63,402 bases of DNA, filler included, from Rhabdomonas costata (GCA_019059605.1; 42 parts of 42 records of this genome joined end to end with filler, not necessarily neighbours in it), one strand, 5' to 3'; positions 23,682 through 37,500 are shown, counted from the whole stretch's first letter. The notes: a model not told the origin generated them from the letters alone. Numbers and translations: made by a program.

Positions 23682-26600
23682 CTTTTTCGTTTCGCGGAAA
23701 AAAAAAGAGCAAAAGCTGAGTTTTGGGAGGGGAGAAACACGAAGAAACTGCTCCGGAAGATCAATAAGCCTTGCCCAGGGCCCAAGGGAACACAGAACAG
23801 TAAAGGCACCCTGAACAACGCCTGAAGAAGACCTAAATCATGTGTCAAGCCTCAAGAAAACTCTGCTTGCGCTCTACTGCCACAAGAGGGGCGAATGCAA
23901 AAGAAGACGAAGGGACAGCTCACAGCGTGCAGGTAAGCGGCAAACGAGCGAAAAAGCTCCCGCTTAGCGAGGGGAACCTGAGCAAAGTATTTCGTGTGGA
24001 CAGCTCCAACAAGAATGGACATAAGCCTCGCATGACACAAAGCAAATGACGGAAACAGGTGGAAAAACAGCACAGCACAGCGTACTTGTCACACACACAN
24101 NNNNNNNNNNNNNNNNNNNNNNNNNNNNNNNNNNNNNNNNNNNTTAATTAATTAANNNNNNNNNNNNNNNNNNNNNNNNNNNNNNNNNNNNNNNNNNNNG
24201 AAGTAATATTTGGCAAGTAGCTCGAAAGCTTTAATCGTTGTATGGGAAGATTCTTGAATCCATTTCTTTCTGGAGCAGTGTAGATAAGTGGAAATTTCCT
24301 ATTGTGGGTTGAGGTTTCACCAACCCTGGAGCATTGCAGCTTTGTGAACTGCCCCCCCCCTCCCCGATTTCAGGAAATCGAGTAACTCTTTTAGCAAACA
24401 AATCACAGCGACGGATGGGATTGGGGTGAAGATCATCGTCTGTTTCAACTTCTTCCCCTTTTCTCTTCACCATGAGTGTCTTTGTCCTTTCTCGTGGATT
24501 TTCTCGGATTGACGCAGGAGGCCTTCTGTCTCATTCCGAGAGCGTGCACAGCTTCCCTTTTACGAGCTACATATCCGCGCGCGTCTGGCGAAAGCAACGA
24601 GTTCCCTGTTGTACTGTAAGCAAGCTTTCGACACGAGACAGAATCCTAGAATAGGGAACCCTGCGGAAACCTCGTTCTTCCTCCCCGCTGGCATTCACCT
24701 GGTGCCAGTTCCACCCGCACGGTTTTTGCCTTCCATACTTTTTTTCGCCCAACCACACCAGTTCCACTCTGTGGGTCCTCGAGCTCCGAGCTCCGTAGCC
24801 CATGGGTGACCAGGGGTGGCATATGGAAGCCGTGGGAGGTGGCTGAGGTGGTCTCGACGCGTCGCAAGTGTTTTGTCTTCCTTTTACTTTGCGTGAGGAT
24901 GCCCTGCGTTTGCTCGTTTGTGATGAAGCGGTGCTCTGCTCTGTGGAATCAAAAAGCCCAAGAGCAGCTCTGCCGGGGTCCTCTCATTGCCCATTTCTCA
25001 GATTGGGCAACTCCTCTAGAAGCTGGTGTGGGGCTCTGAAAGCATCCACCTTCTGACCGCTCCTGTTATTTTGCCAGCTTTAGCGTGAGACTGCGTGAGC
25101 TTCTACTTGCTGTGTCCCTCCCCACATGCATCCCTCTCTATTCGTACTTTTTGTGCTCCTTTTTTTGCGCGCAAGAACTCACTCTCGGCTCTGTTTTTTC
25201 GCTGCGCAAAGTCTCTCTGTGTGGTGTGCCTTCCTCAGTGCTGCAGTTTATCGATGTGTGTCCCTCCCCAGCTTCTCAAGTGCTGTTTGTTGGTTTTCCT
25301 CGTTCCTTTTTTGGTTTGCTTGCGTGTTGCCGTTGTTTCCTCTTTTCTTGAATCTGTGTGACGTGTGCAGCTGCAGCAGAAGGGGTTGTGACGTTTCGGT
25401 GCTTTCTTTGGATTTGGACCCCCTGAAACGCGCAGCCGGATACCACAGATAGCAGGCATGAGCATGCATATCGCCTGCTTGTTGGCGGCAGCGCTTTTTC
25501 AAACCTGACCCCACCATTTCCAGAGTGTGTGTCGGGAGTTGCGGATCTTTTCCATGTCTGCTATTTCGCAGTGTCTGGGAAATAGCAGACATGGAAAAGA
25601 TCCACCAACCCNNNNNNNNNNNNNNNNNNNNNNNNNNNNNNNNNNNNNNNNNNNNTTAATTAATTAANNNNNNNNNNNNNNNNNNNNNNNNNNNNNNNNN
25701 NNNNNNNNNNNGTGTGGTGGTACTCTGAAACTGGTACTTTGAATTTAGTTACTGGACTTTATTTTAATATGCGACGAACTGTAAATCGTGATTTATTCAT
25801 GAATGATTCACGATTTACAGTTCGTCGCATATTAAAATAAAGTCCAGTAACTAAATTCAAAGTACCAGTTTCAGAGTACCAGCACTCACAATTGAAGTGT
25901 TTTCTGGCATGGGAATCATACCTGATGCCAAAAAGGACAAATGTAACCGACCAATATTCAGACACACGTGTAATCTATTACCCAATGGATCACCCATCCA
26001 GTAGTTGCGTTTTGCTTGTTATTGCAGCCACGTTTACGTTCATTTCTTCAAGTCTTGGAGAATCAAAAGAAGTTAAATTGAACGTAAGTGTGCGCACAAA
26101 TGTGTGAACTGTTTGATTTTTGAATTTTTGTGGGAACAACAGAAGCAAGGTAGTGTAAAATCGGCACAGGTTGCTCAAGTACACCAAATACGCTAATGTT
26201 GAGAAAACGAGGTCGTCACACTTTTATGGCCATCTGTCACCAGTAGACACTACACCTCCATTGTAGTAGGCTTATTACCAACGTATGGGCATGGTTACCC
26301 TAATTAGTAGTTCTTCGAGTACCATATGGATGTAGTTGTAATGAATAGCTAATAGACAGTGACAGTGTAACTATCCTGCTAAACTGATGCTATTCTACTC
26401 CAACGGTAACGTAGGCTATGGTTAAGGACTAATGTTGACGCTGAGGCCAATACACTACCATAACCCCCGGCATGAATGAACCCACCGAGGATGGAAGATG
26501 CAGTGAAGATGTGGTGATGTTGCCTCGAATGCAATAGACCATATTACGCCTTAATGTTGAGAGAGTGCAGCCACCTCAGTCAGAGGGGGATTGAGAGAGA

Positions 26601-26710
26601 GGAAGATGCCCTTGATGCGTTTAGTGGTGAAGTGGCGGTGGCTGCCAGGTATGCACTCTTACAGCCCACTCCGCTACGCTACCTTTCCTTCCTGGGCATG
26701 CCTCCTGCGT

Positions 26711-26911
26711 CAGCAGAACCACAGAGAAAACGCAGGCGAGAGCCGCGGAGACCCGAGGCACCAGCAGATGGAGATGGTGGAAAATGGCGCGGCGTTAGTG
26801 TGGTGAGCACAGGACAGGGTGTGTGTGCGGTTGCGTTCCCCTTACAAAACCTTTTTGGGTGGGAGATTGTGGAAAGGTCTAAGCGGCGAGACCCGACCAG
26901 CGAAACCCCTC
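26711..26911 (+). repeat. Dispersed repeat B, copy 1
   Basis: CAGCAGAACCACAGAGAAAACGCAGGCGAGAGCCGCGGAGACCCGAGG...AAGCGGCGAGACCCG...AAACCCCTC aligns to the reverse complement of 34396-34579. Confidence 0.9.
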
Positions 26912-27916
26912 CACAGCTCAGAAGGTGTGGGCAACAAGGCCATTCCAAGAGACCTCCTCTATGCCCAAAGCAGAGTTGTGTCTCCAGAGGTCGCCGTATT
27001 TACACCAAAACGGCTTGGTAAATCAAAAAGTGGTTGGCGCCACCGCCCCCGTTTCAGAAAGGCGACGCCCGCAGAAAGCACCACCAGAGAGACCACATGA
27101 CGAACGGAAGAGACCACCCACCCNNNNNNNNNNNNNNNNNNNNNNNNNNNNNNNNNNNNNNNNNNNNTTAATTAATTAANNNNNNNNNNNNNNNNNNNNN
27201 NNNNNNNNNNNNNNNNNNNNNNNGTGTTGGGTGTGGTTGGGTGGGGTGTTCTTAGTAGAGGGACGCAAGGAGTGGGCGGGTCGCCCGCATTTTTTTTTTT
27301 TTGCTATTATTGCCAGTTGCTTTGTGATTGTGGCAGAGCTTCGGCGCACTTCGAAGCCGTTTCTGTAGATGTCGAGCTTCTGACGAGTGTGTGGGGGTGC
27401 GAGGGCGTCACTAGTGACGTGGACTTCGTGTGGTTTTTTGTCTGAAGGGGGAATTCGGCCAAAGAATAAGATCAAGATTGAGCTAAATGAATTATTTCTG
27501 AGTGTTCCACATCTTCCTGCCCCAAAATGAGCTGAATCACGTGCCTCTGCCCCTGGGTGTTGTAGGATTTTATCCGCCTGGTTTCTGTCTCACACTGCCT
27601 CCTCCCGTCCTCCTTTTATGTGTCTGTGTGTGCGCTCGCTTACTCAGGAAGCAAATGCATACCGGAAGTATGAAAAGAGACGACCAAATCCAACCAAACC
27701 ATCAGTAAGCACAGGAGGTTCGAGAACAGGGCATATGCTGCAGGCACGAGGCAATGAAAAGACCGCCGTAATGTGGGTGCACTCAAGCCTGGAATTGTTA
27801 ATGCATTTTTAGCGCAGCAGTTTTCCGTCAGCCCCGCTATCATTTCTCGCTTCTCGACAGCAGAAGCGACAGCTTTTGGACCGCCACCCTACCTGTTCCC
27901 ATTTCCCCGTGTGCAG

Positions 27917-28108
27917 GACTTCGAGACCCTCCGCGGCTGCTCCCGGAAACCCACTAGGGTGCTGTGGTGCGGGCATACCTTCCACAAGGAGTGTCTCCGG
28001 AACTGGGGGAGCAGCGGGCGGAGCACCGCTTCGTGTCCGATATGCCCAGGGCCCGTCGATGCTGGGACACGTGAGAACGTGCTGGAGCCCCTAGAGACGA
28101 TCGCTCAG
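27917..28108 (+). CDS. RING-H2 zinc-finger exon (probable E3 ligase)
   Basis: LWCGHTFHKECLRNW...CPIC; GTGCAG acceptor and CAG|GTTTCT donor. Confidence 0.85.
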
Positions 28109-29770
28109 GTTTCTCACCCTCGCTCTCAATGACCTGGTATTAGGATTGTTCCCCATAGGTTTTTTTTGACGAATGAGCTGACAACGATTGGGGTTTTCCG
28201 CTGCAGAGGTGCAGAGGTGATGCGTGTCTGAGGGCGATACCACGGTGGAGCTACGCTGCTGAAATACAAACGAAGGGTATGTGTGGTCGTGGCCGCGGTG
28301 TGGGGCTCACACCACACCCACGGTCGGCGTGAGTTCCGTGCGAACCCGCTTTGCATGACTAGTTCCTTCTGATTGCTCACATGCCTCGGTTTTCCCGATG
28401 CACGCACGCACACACCGTGCATGATATGCACTGTTTCACTCGTCTGAAAAGGTCGCTTCCGATAAAACATCAAGTATCAACTGCATCGCACATACAGCCC
28501 TTACCCCATATCCTGCCTTGTTTTCCAGACCAGTCTTCTGTCCCATATATGTGCGCACTGCCATTGTTTGCAGAGAGAGGCTTCCTTCCGGAGGCGACAG
28601 CTCGACTTTCTTTTCCCGGCTATGCTACCCACANNNNNNNNNNNNNNNNNNNNNNNNNNNNNNNNNNNNNNNNNNNNTTAATTAATTAANNNNNNNNNNN
28701 NNNNNNNNNNNNNNNNNNNNNNNNNNNNNNNNNGTTTGTGTGGTGGTGGTGTGTGTGGTAGCCGAAGTGGCGCCCTTAATTGAGAGTGGGGATGATGATC
28801 AATTGAATATCTTTGATGATATCGCAAAGTGAGAACATGATAATGCATAAGGCAGGGAGGGCATCCGAAAGTTGGTGACTGAGAGGCTTGAAACATTACA
28901 ATGTGCCTCGTGTATGTATGCAGGCGGAGCTACACAGAGCTCTCGCAGAAGCGCGCGGAGTGCCGCCGGTTGACGAGCTACATCCGCTTGGCGGACTACA
29001 TGGTTTGTGTGCGAAGGGTGCATGCTTTTTTTTTCGTGGCTCTTTCGTGAGGTCGTTCATATGCTACTTTCGTGCAAAACATACATTCGGTCATTTTGGG
29101 GGGTTTTCTTGATCCACGTTCCGCCCATTCCTTCCCCGACCCGCATCGTGCCTTCCTTGCTGCCGGGTGTCCCAGTTAAAATGTAGCAATAATTTTTTTG
29201 AATAAAATTCTACACGTTTTTTCTTGGCGTGCGAGTTTAACTGGGACATATGGTACATCACACACAGCAATCGAAAGTGAGTGCTTTTGAGTACCTCTTT
29301 TCCCTTTCGTGGTGGGGTGACTGTGGGGGTTGTAGGGGAAGCGGCGGAAGGGACCAGTTCAAACAAACGAAAGAGGCCCCGATCTCAAACGCGCATCTGC
29401 TTTCCAACAATAGTTTCTCCAACACAGAAGTGCAGGAACTGATTGCGGTCTGAGAAATAACCACCTGTGCAGCCGGGGTGTGCTCTGCCGGCCGTTGATC
29501 CTCATACCAGCAGTGTGGCGGTGTGAGAGTTTCTATCCGCACCACAGTGATTTTGTATGGCGGTAGAAAGCGTGGATGTTCCATGTGAGATTCAAACAGA
29601 AGACTTGCAAGAGGTCGTGGGCGATGGTTCCAGTTCCCCCGATTCCAAGTTGTGCAAGATTGGGTTCTAATTCCAGCGATTGGTGTGTTCACGAGTCCTG
29701 AATGTCGTCCCCCCCCTCCCCGCACCACACACGCACAGACCGTCGTTTTTGTCATTTTTGGTCCATACAG

Positions 29771-30094
29771 GTGATCGACTCCGTGGTGGCGCTGACGATG
29801 AAGTCGCTGTCCACCCTTAGGGATGCCCTTTTGTACCCCAAGCCCATTGCCGCGCCCACTTTGGCCCTGGAGGCGAGCCCGTCAAAGGCCGACCACTCCG
29901 CCAAGCCTGGCGCCAAGGCCCTCCACGACAGCAAGGGTACTTCCCAGAAGCCCTACCCTGCCTTCACAGACTTCACAGTGTCCTCGTTTGGCCCTTTCAG
30001 CCCAAATGCGAACACTTCAGCACAGCTGCTTCCCTCGGAAAACGCCTTGGGGCTGTGGGATGCCGAAGGCATGATGCGTAGGTCACTGCCTTAG
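29771..30094 (+). CDS. Probable exon, unknown protein
   Basis: ATACAG acceptor; GC3-rich open frame VIDSVVALTMKSLSTLRDALLYPKP...; 3' boundary uncertain. Confidence 0.4.
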   Translation: MIDSVVALTMKSLSTLRDALLYPKPIAAPTLALEASPSKADHSAKPGAKALHDSKGTSQKPYPAFTDFTVSSFGPFSPNANTSAQLLPSENALGLWDAEGMMRRSLP

Positions 30095-30377
30095 TTCAAC
30101 TGTCCTTCTGTCCTTTGAAAAATCAGATGCGATTAACACCAACACNNNNNNNNNNNNNNNNNNNNNNNNNNNNNNNNNNNNNNNNNNNNTTAATTAATTA
30201 ANNNNNNNNNNNNNNNNNNNNNNNNNNNNNNNNNNNNNNNNNNNNGTTTTTGGGGTTCGCTTCTTTCTTCTGGTTTCTGGTTTTTAAGGGCACTGCGGCA
30301 CCGACACATGAGTTCAACAGCTGCATCTCCAAATAAAAGTGTCGATAGGGATGTAATAAGGGGCTCAAAATGCATAC

Positions 30378-31498
30378 CCACACGTCGACGGCTTTCCAGT
30401 CGAGCTCCACGCCACACAGGCAGCCCTGGGCGCTGCAGGCGCACGCCTCGGGCGCTAGAAAGGCCGGGGTGACCACCACGGAGCACCCCGCCTCCTCTGC
30501 CACGGAGGCCAGGCCATAGCCCCGCAGCTTCAGCGTTCCATCGCGGGCCACCAGAACGTTTTCTGGCTGAGAGCACAGCACAGTTATAATCCGAAACCGC
30601 TTTCCCGAAATCAACGTTGAAAAAGGCTTTTGCTTTTGAGACTTCAAATATTGACGCTGTGGGGGAAAGGGGGACGAGCTCACAGGAATATTGGGGTAGT
30701 TATTTTTGATAACGACCACGAATCGTGCTGCAGTACCTCACCAGAATGTCCAGAGTTTTGTTCAACCGATCGTACACAATAAAAAACAGAAGGAGAAGGA
30801 AGAGGGGTAAGAGAGACGGTTAAAACGAAGGACTTCAACACAAAGCCAAAAAAAGAGAGGTGGTCGAGGACAGTGACAACGCAACACTATAGGTAGGAGC
30901 GAGGCGATGAAGCAGAGAGGAGGAGGCGTGAATGGTGAGGGTGTGGTGTTGGCTGTTGCATAGCAAAAAGCAATGTGAGAGGCGAGAGACAGGGGACGGG
31001 TAGAAAGCGTGGGACATATTAAAGCATGTCATCACCTCCATATCTTCGCGCTGTACACAGCTCAACGGACCACCGAAGACGACCTCCTTATGCGCGAAGC
31101 TGGCTGTGCTGGTCCCTCCTCCCAACTTCCTCAAATGCCGTCTTGAAAATATTCGAGCATTACTCTGACGGCTTGGTCAAGGTGACACCTCCCTTGAAAC
31201 CAAATTTCGAAGGGATGAGGGGTAGTAGGGATAAACGTTAAGCTCAGATAAAACGGGTCCAAAGGATAAATATGTCCCATTTATTTGCCAAAGCCCTGCA
31301 AATACAATCCCAGAAATCCGGAAAAGCAAACCAAATCGTTCAGCAGTGCTGCTAGTATAATGCCACCCCCTAAATACAATTGCCCTAATGCTGAAATCAG
31401 CGGGCAGCAAACACAACAACCCGGATGTCGCCGTGCACAATCGCGTTGAGGTGGAGGTACTGCAGGCCTGCAACGAACTGCCGAAGATACTCGGATAC
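30378..31498 (-). CDS. Protein kinase-like domain, two exons (31498-31421 and 30566-30378), degenerate DFG
   Basis: VSEYLRQFVAGLQYLHLNAIVHGDIR|PENVLVARDGTLKLRGYGLAS...TPAFLAPEAC...KAVDVW; phase-0 GT-AG intron. Confidence 0.88.
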
Positions 31499-32080
31499 CT
31501 ATAAGAATGTACGGTCGGGCTGAAGAGAGTTTCGGACGAACACGTACATACTGAGAGGTGGCCGGTGCGCCTTCCTTCGCCCGGTAGTTTTGCGTCCCAC
31601 GAGAAAGATGCAACCGATGCACCCCGAGCAACCAATATGGCACTCCCCCCCCCAACCNNNNNNNNNNNNNNNNNNNNNNNNNNNNNNNNNNNNNNNNNNN
31701 NTTAATTAATTAANNNNNNNNNNNNNNNNNNNNNNNNNNNNNNNNNNNNNNNNNNNNGGGTTGTCAAAGTTAAGCAAGTTAGAACAAGCTTCTGGATATT
31801 GTTGTTGTCAGTGCCCGTGTCATTCACTGTTTAAAAGATTTCGGTACTTCTGGTTTTTGTTTCGCTCCCACTGCTCGTTAGTAGACTTTAACTTTTGGAG
31901 ATTCTCCGTCGAATTCTTGGAAATGTGTGAACCCAACTCAGGACTCTGATGGTCCCCTTCACTCGCGCAGTCACTTTTTGGATGGAGCACATGTCGGAGT
32001 GGAGCCGAGGCAACTTCATCGGGTCCTCCTTTTTTCGAGCTTTTCGAAAATGCGAGCCCCTTCTGTGCGACCTCTCCAGA

Positions 32081-32288
32081 TGTTCCTGCTTCGATGACCC
32101 TCTCGGAGCTGCTCGCGGCCTATGAGGCTCTGCAGCTTTGGAGGCAGTCCCTGCGTGGTAGCATGTCCCTGGAGTCCGAGGTTCTCACCACTTCGCTGGG
32201 CCGCGCTGTGACTGTGGCGGAGCTGCTGATGCTCAGTGTCACCCCTTACGCGTCGCTTATGGAGTGGATAAAGCAGACCGTATCGAAG
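32081..32288 (+). CDS. Probable exon, unknown protein
   Basis: CTCCAG acceptor; GC3-rich frame MTLSELLAAYEALQLWRQSLRG...WIKQTVSK; AAG|GTTCAC donor. Confidence 0.4.
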
Positions 32289-34395
32289 GTTCACACAGCT
32301 CCCTCCTGTTGTCATCCCAACTATTTTCACAGCACTGTTTTCATTGCAGTCTCACATTCTCTTACCTTTCGGCACCCCTGTCTCCATATCCCACCAAATT
32401 ACCCTCAGGCCACTCTGTCGCTTCGTATCGTTGGCTTCTCGCCCCGCATCGTACTCTCACTTGTTCTGTTCTTTGCATACATGACACCCCAGCAAGCTGT
32501 CAGTGGTTCCAAAGGTCACTTGTATTGCTCCCTAAACCCCTCTTATTTCGATAAGAGGTCCTTGGGCGAGGAATTGCATTTGTTGAATCATTTAGGAAAA
32601 CGAAATACACGGGTAGATTATTACGTAGCCTTTATCCCCCCCTCCCCGGAAGGTGGGACAAATGTCAAATAGCAAGCGACGCACAGCTGGCATACAAGCC
32701 AACTCACGGGAGCCGCTCACTCGCTTCCTCGACGTAGCGGGCATACAGCCGCTGCTTGAGCAACGGGCGGGAGGGCTGCATCTGTACGGTAATTCATCGC
32801 AACGATCCGCCCCCCCCCCCACACACACTAATTTCCGTGCTGTTGTGGGGTAGTGGACCTCCTTGCCCGCATGATGGCCTCAGAATATCCACGACTCCAA
32901 CTAACTCAGAGACACACCGCGTGACGTGCATCTTGTTTGGCCCATACGTTTTTGTTTTTGTTTCACATGCTCTGGTGCTGCTTGCTGGCCTAACGGGCAC
33001 GCCGATGACTTTTTCTTCTTTTAATACTACTTACCTCTTATTTCTTAAGTTAGCAAACGCTCTAAGTCAAACAAGAAAGCTTACTTCTCAAACGTATGCC
33101 TCTGATACTTTTTGCGTGAGAGCGTTTTACTTGTCACTTTGCATTGTGATGAGGTGCACCACACCCCCCNNNNNNNNNNNNNNNNNNNNNNNNNNNNNNN
33201 NNNNNNNNNNNNNTTAATTAATTAANNNNNNNNNNNNNNNNNNNNNNNNNNNNNNNNNNNNNNNNNNNNGTGGGTGTGTGGCGTTGCGACGGCAGATACC
33301 CTCTTTGAATCCCTGCCAGAAGGCGCTGTTCTCCTGACGGACGATGTCTTACCACCTCTCTCAAAAGAGCAAAATAAACACTTGTGGACGCCAAGGACGC
33401 CGCTTGTCTTCTGGAGGTTGCTAGTTTGTGGTTGTCAATGAATTTCCTGGTAGTTCTGTACGGCTCGAACCCCTTCTTCAGGTGAACCTTTTGAGCTCAT
33501 AAACAGCTTCCAAAGTGACCGAGTACTATCTTGTAAGGAGCCGCTTGCCTTCAGGTTTCTGCTTCCCTTGTCCCTCTAGAAGTGCAGTCCTAGCTTTCTT
33601 ATATAATAATTTTTTTCAGCTATGGTTTTCTGCCAAGGGAGTGGCGGGACACCTCTGGAGAAGCAACTCTCAAGCCTGAGTTCCACACACCCCTCCTCCC
33701 AACTCCTGGGTAGCCGGGTCGGCCACCCCAGACTCTTGAGGGCTTATTACCTCTATCAGCAGCGGAACACTGAGAGAGCCCCAGAAGCCCAGGTAGAAAC
33801 CCTCCGGCGACCGCAAGGGAGAAAAAAGGGCCGCAACAAGCCAGTCGGGCACAAGGTGCCTTAGTTATGCAATGCCAAGCCCATTGGGGCAAAGGATTCC
33901 CGCCCACTGGGGTATGGTGGGACTGGCGCGGGAATTTCAACGTCAAAGCGTTTCCCTGTTAATAGTTGGCTGTGCTGTTGATTGTATTCGTGATCTGGTA
34001 CTCTGTGCACCACTTTGATGGTCACCAAGTTTGTTGCCTTCGACGTCGTCTTTTCCAAGGCCCTTCCGGGCCCTAATGAGCTAGAGATAAGAAGAACCAC
34101 TGGGCAAAGCCCCAAGAAACTTGGGTTTTCTTTTGTACTTCTTGTGCGCTATAAATAGTGTGTGTGGGTTGATTTTTCATGAAACCAAATTATATTTTGA
34201 TTGTTAATCTTTCTTTGGGTCACTCCTTCACCAAATCCTCTAAGGCGGTGTGCCGTTCACCCGCTGAGGTCCAAGTCCTTCACAAAGATCAAACGGAGAG
34301 TGTGACGGACCAGCTTTCTGCCTGTCCCGGTGGTTGCCTAGGACTGCGGTCACAGCTTGGCTTGTCCCGCTTTCCGACCGCCTGTTCCGCGCGTT

Positions 34396-34579
34396 GAGGG
34401 GTTTCACTGGGCGGGTCTCGCCGCTTATGCCTTTCCCCAATCTTCCACCCAAAAAGAAGGCTGTGGAATGTTCACTCGACCGCACACACACACCTTGTCC
34501 TGTGTTCACAGCACTAACGCCGCACACTTTTCCTCGGGTCTCCGCGGCTCTCGCCTGCGGTTTCTCTGTGGTTCTGCTG
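34396..34579 (-). repeat. Dispersed repeat B, copy 2
   Basis: Reverse-complement match to 26711-26911, lacking a ~20-nt segment present in copy 1. Confidence 0.9.
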
Positions 34580-37500
34580 CACCACCTCTGTGAAAACACG
34601 ATAAAAGGCGAAACTCAACACAAATTCAAACGAAAAGCGACCTTTTAGGTTCAACCCCCCAACCAAACACACCCACCCCAACNNNNNNNNNNNNNNNNNN
34701 NNNNNNNNNNNNNNNNNNNNNNNNNNTTAATTAATTAANNNNNNNNNNNNNNNNNNNNNNNNNNNNNNNNNNNNNNNNNNNNGGGTCAATATTCGGGCAC
34801 TTGTGGAAATGCGCTGATATTACGGAGGCAGGGGCAGGTTGTGGATAGCAATCGTAACAACTGTGTTCTTTGCAAGCGAGTGACGTGGGAAGCAAAGAAA
34901 AGCAGGACGCATATAAAATGGAAAGCAATCTGTGGCAGAAAGGGATTAGCGCAATATCTGTCTTCAAAAAAAAGTCTCATCACATCAGTGAGAGAACAAT
35001 GCTATTCCTAATGTTGTGCTGTGGTGCTGAGCTCAATGGCTGGGGCTCTTGCCTCCCAAGTGCTGCATTCTCGCAGCTCCCCAATTCTTTTGCGGGCTCT
35101 GCTATTGGCGAGCCTTTTTTTTTCCGTTGTTCCGTTTGCCGCAGGACGACGGCATCGAGGCAGAACTGATCATTAACGGCAACGACCACAATTCCCGGGA
35201 TGATCTTCTGGCCTCCGAGGGTGCAGTTCTAAGTTGCCAATCCTCCGAAGTGGACGTGCACTCCCAGGGCTGTCACAGCTACAGCCGGAGCGACTCCCTG
35301 CACAGTAGTAACATCCCCATCGCAGGTGAGGTGCTCCCTTCTGCTTCCCAAGCACCTAAGCACGCACAAAAAAAGCTGTGGTATCTCTGATCGTGCCGCC
35401 GCCCCGTATTGGACAAAATTCACAGTGTTCCAAGAGGTTTGTTTTGTATTTTCATCTCCTTCCCTCTTCCGTCAACTTCTTTCGCACTGCAAAGCAGCCT
35501 GGATCTTCTTCTGGTGCTCAGTATCTGTGTGGTGTACAAGGGCACTGCAGCACTTACGTATGCAGCTGAGCGGGAACTCGCACACACTGCTACGTGACTG
35601 CAAATGTTGGCCTCAACCCGGAACCCGGAACTGCTCCCACCTGCCCACTCTGCCCACTGTCCCCCCTGTCGATTGCGGGGACTCCTCCCTGACTGTTCCA
35701 AGATGCATCGGCCGAAAGGGATTCATAGGTGACTTTCTCTGCGCGACACTGCAAGTTCGGGAGCGTAAGGGACCCGAGGAAGTTCACAGTTCACACTTCA
35801 ACTCGCAATGCCTCTAACGCCAACCACTCTCACCCTGGGCATGTGGTTGTCTTGGGCTTTTCCCTTCGACCTTGGTACAGACGACGGTCAAGACTGAGCC
35901 GGTGAAATACCTACCCTGCAGGATACTCGTTCCCCAGGCCCAGGCACCAAGAGATCGGGATCCCGAGTGCAGTATGGGAGCCCCATTTTGATTTGTTTCC
36001 TTGGTAGTGCTGTCGAAGGATCTCAGTGGGAAAGCGTTTTCGTCAAGCTTTCATCCGGTTTGTGATGGTGAGCGGAACCGTTGACTTCTTTTCTGTCATA
36101 ATTATTGTGACTTGCATGCAGCTTCTCTGTGTTCGTCCCTCAGGGAAGCTGCATGCAAGTCACAATAATTATGACAGAAAAGAAGTCAACGGTTNNNNNN
36201 NNNNNNNNNNNNNNNNNNNNNNNNNNNNNNNNNNNNNNTTAATTAATTAANNNNNNNNNNNNNNNNNNNNNNNNNNNNNNNNNNNNNNNNNNNNGTGTTG
36301 GGTGAATGTTGGGCTTAGAATGTAGGCCTTGGATGCAGCGTAGCGTCAGATGCAGTAGATAGCATGAGTGTAGCGGTCTCAGTAGTGGGTGCGTTTTTTA
36401 TATAGGGATTTTACCGTGTGCGGAAGGGTTGGTGCGGGGTGTGTCGTATTAGATTGCAATGGACGTGTTGATGGGGGTGCGATTTGGGTGTCCGATTTGT
36501 GCGATTTTTGGATTTTCGTTACTTGTGTACTTCTGGTGTTGCTATGGGATGTGAAGGGATTGAGGAATTGGGGCGATTTCGGGCGATGTGGGGCATTTGT
36601 GTACGCGGGGTGGAAAAAATTCGACAATTTTCAGGGCTTGGAATCCAAATTAGGAACACGCCGCAGCTGGAGAACGAGGGGAGCCACAGGATGACTCGAA
36701 TTCACAAGAGATGCAAGTGACAGCGGGAGAGAGGTTGAAGAACGAACGCCAGAAGAAAGCAAAACAACCTTTGAGAAAAAGAACTAGACGCAGGACAAAA
36801 GACAGGGAAGATGACATGACGTGGCAAGAACCTGGCAGGTGGCAAATGAGCGAAAGGCTGGCCGCGCTGTAATTCCAGTGGACACCACCCTGCGGCCGAG
36901 AACTGCGGCTGTGCGAAGAGCGAGCGACGCCATGTGAGGAAAGAGCACCCCTTGCGGTGGATTAGTTCAAGAAGAGGTGAGGTGGCAGTGGTTTCCGAGA
37001 AAATAGCTGTTGAGAAGGGAAAGAAGAACCAATGTGACAATGGCGAAACGCATCCTTTTCATGCCTGAGAAATGCACTCCAACAGGCGTTTTTCGCCTCA
37101 TTTTCCTCTTTTTGAACGTGGGGTGAAATCCAACAAACAAGACACCATCTCTTCCCGTGACGGTGCGCCCACCTTCCTCCTCTCGCAGCGATGGGCCAGA
37201 GTTCCTGCAGTCACCATTGTCACCATTACCTACCCGTTTTGGGCGTCTGGTTATGAGACGAGTGTGCCTCCTTCCTGGCGATACAAAAGTTTGCGAAGCA
37301 AACTGATATTTCGCCACTTGCACTCACCTCACAGATCACATTACAAAGTGTCCGATGTGTTCCGGAAAATCTGCCAACCCACTTGAGGTGGTTGTGTAAC
37401 TTTTTGCTCCCGCTGTGGTGAAAAGCACGGGTGAATAAAGTTTTAACACAAATTGTCCAACGGTCCACGAAACAAAAAGGCAGAGAAGCAGAGAGAGAGA

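Noticed and set aside
23177-23719. Long antisense or alternate-frame ORFs over GC-rich exons (also 6386-7051, 15290-16235, 50443-50949 and 62943-63369)
   Set aside because: These are shadow ORFs caused by high GC3 on the true coding strand and carry no motifs.
27495-27506. TTTCTGAGTGT similarity to the Euglena spliced-leader 5' part
   Set aside because: The match is only ~11 nt, lacks the T-rich remainder and GT donor, and could be chance.
33861-34115. Possible decayed RNase H/non-LTR retroelement peptide (TIKVVHRVPDHEYNQQHSQL); similar hints at ~4600-5170
   Set aside because: Catalytic residues are not recognisable and the frames are broken, so it cannot be supported without a profile search.
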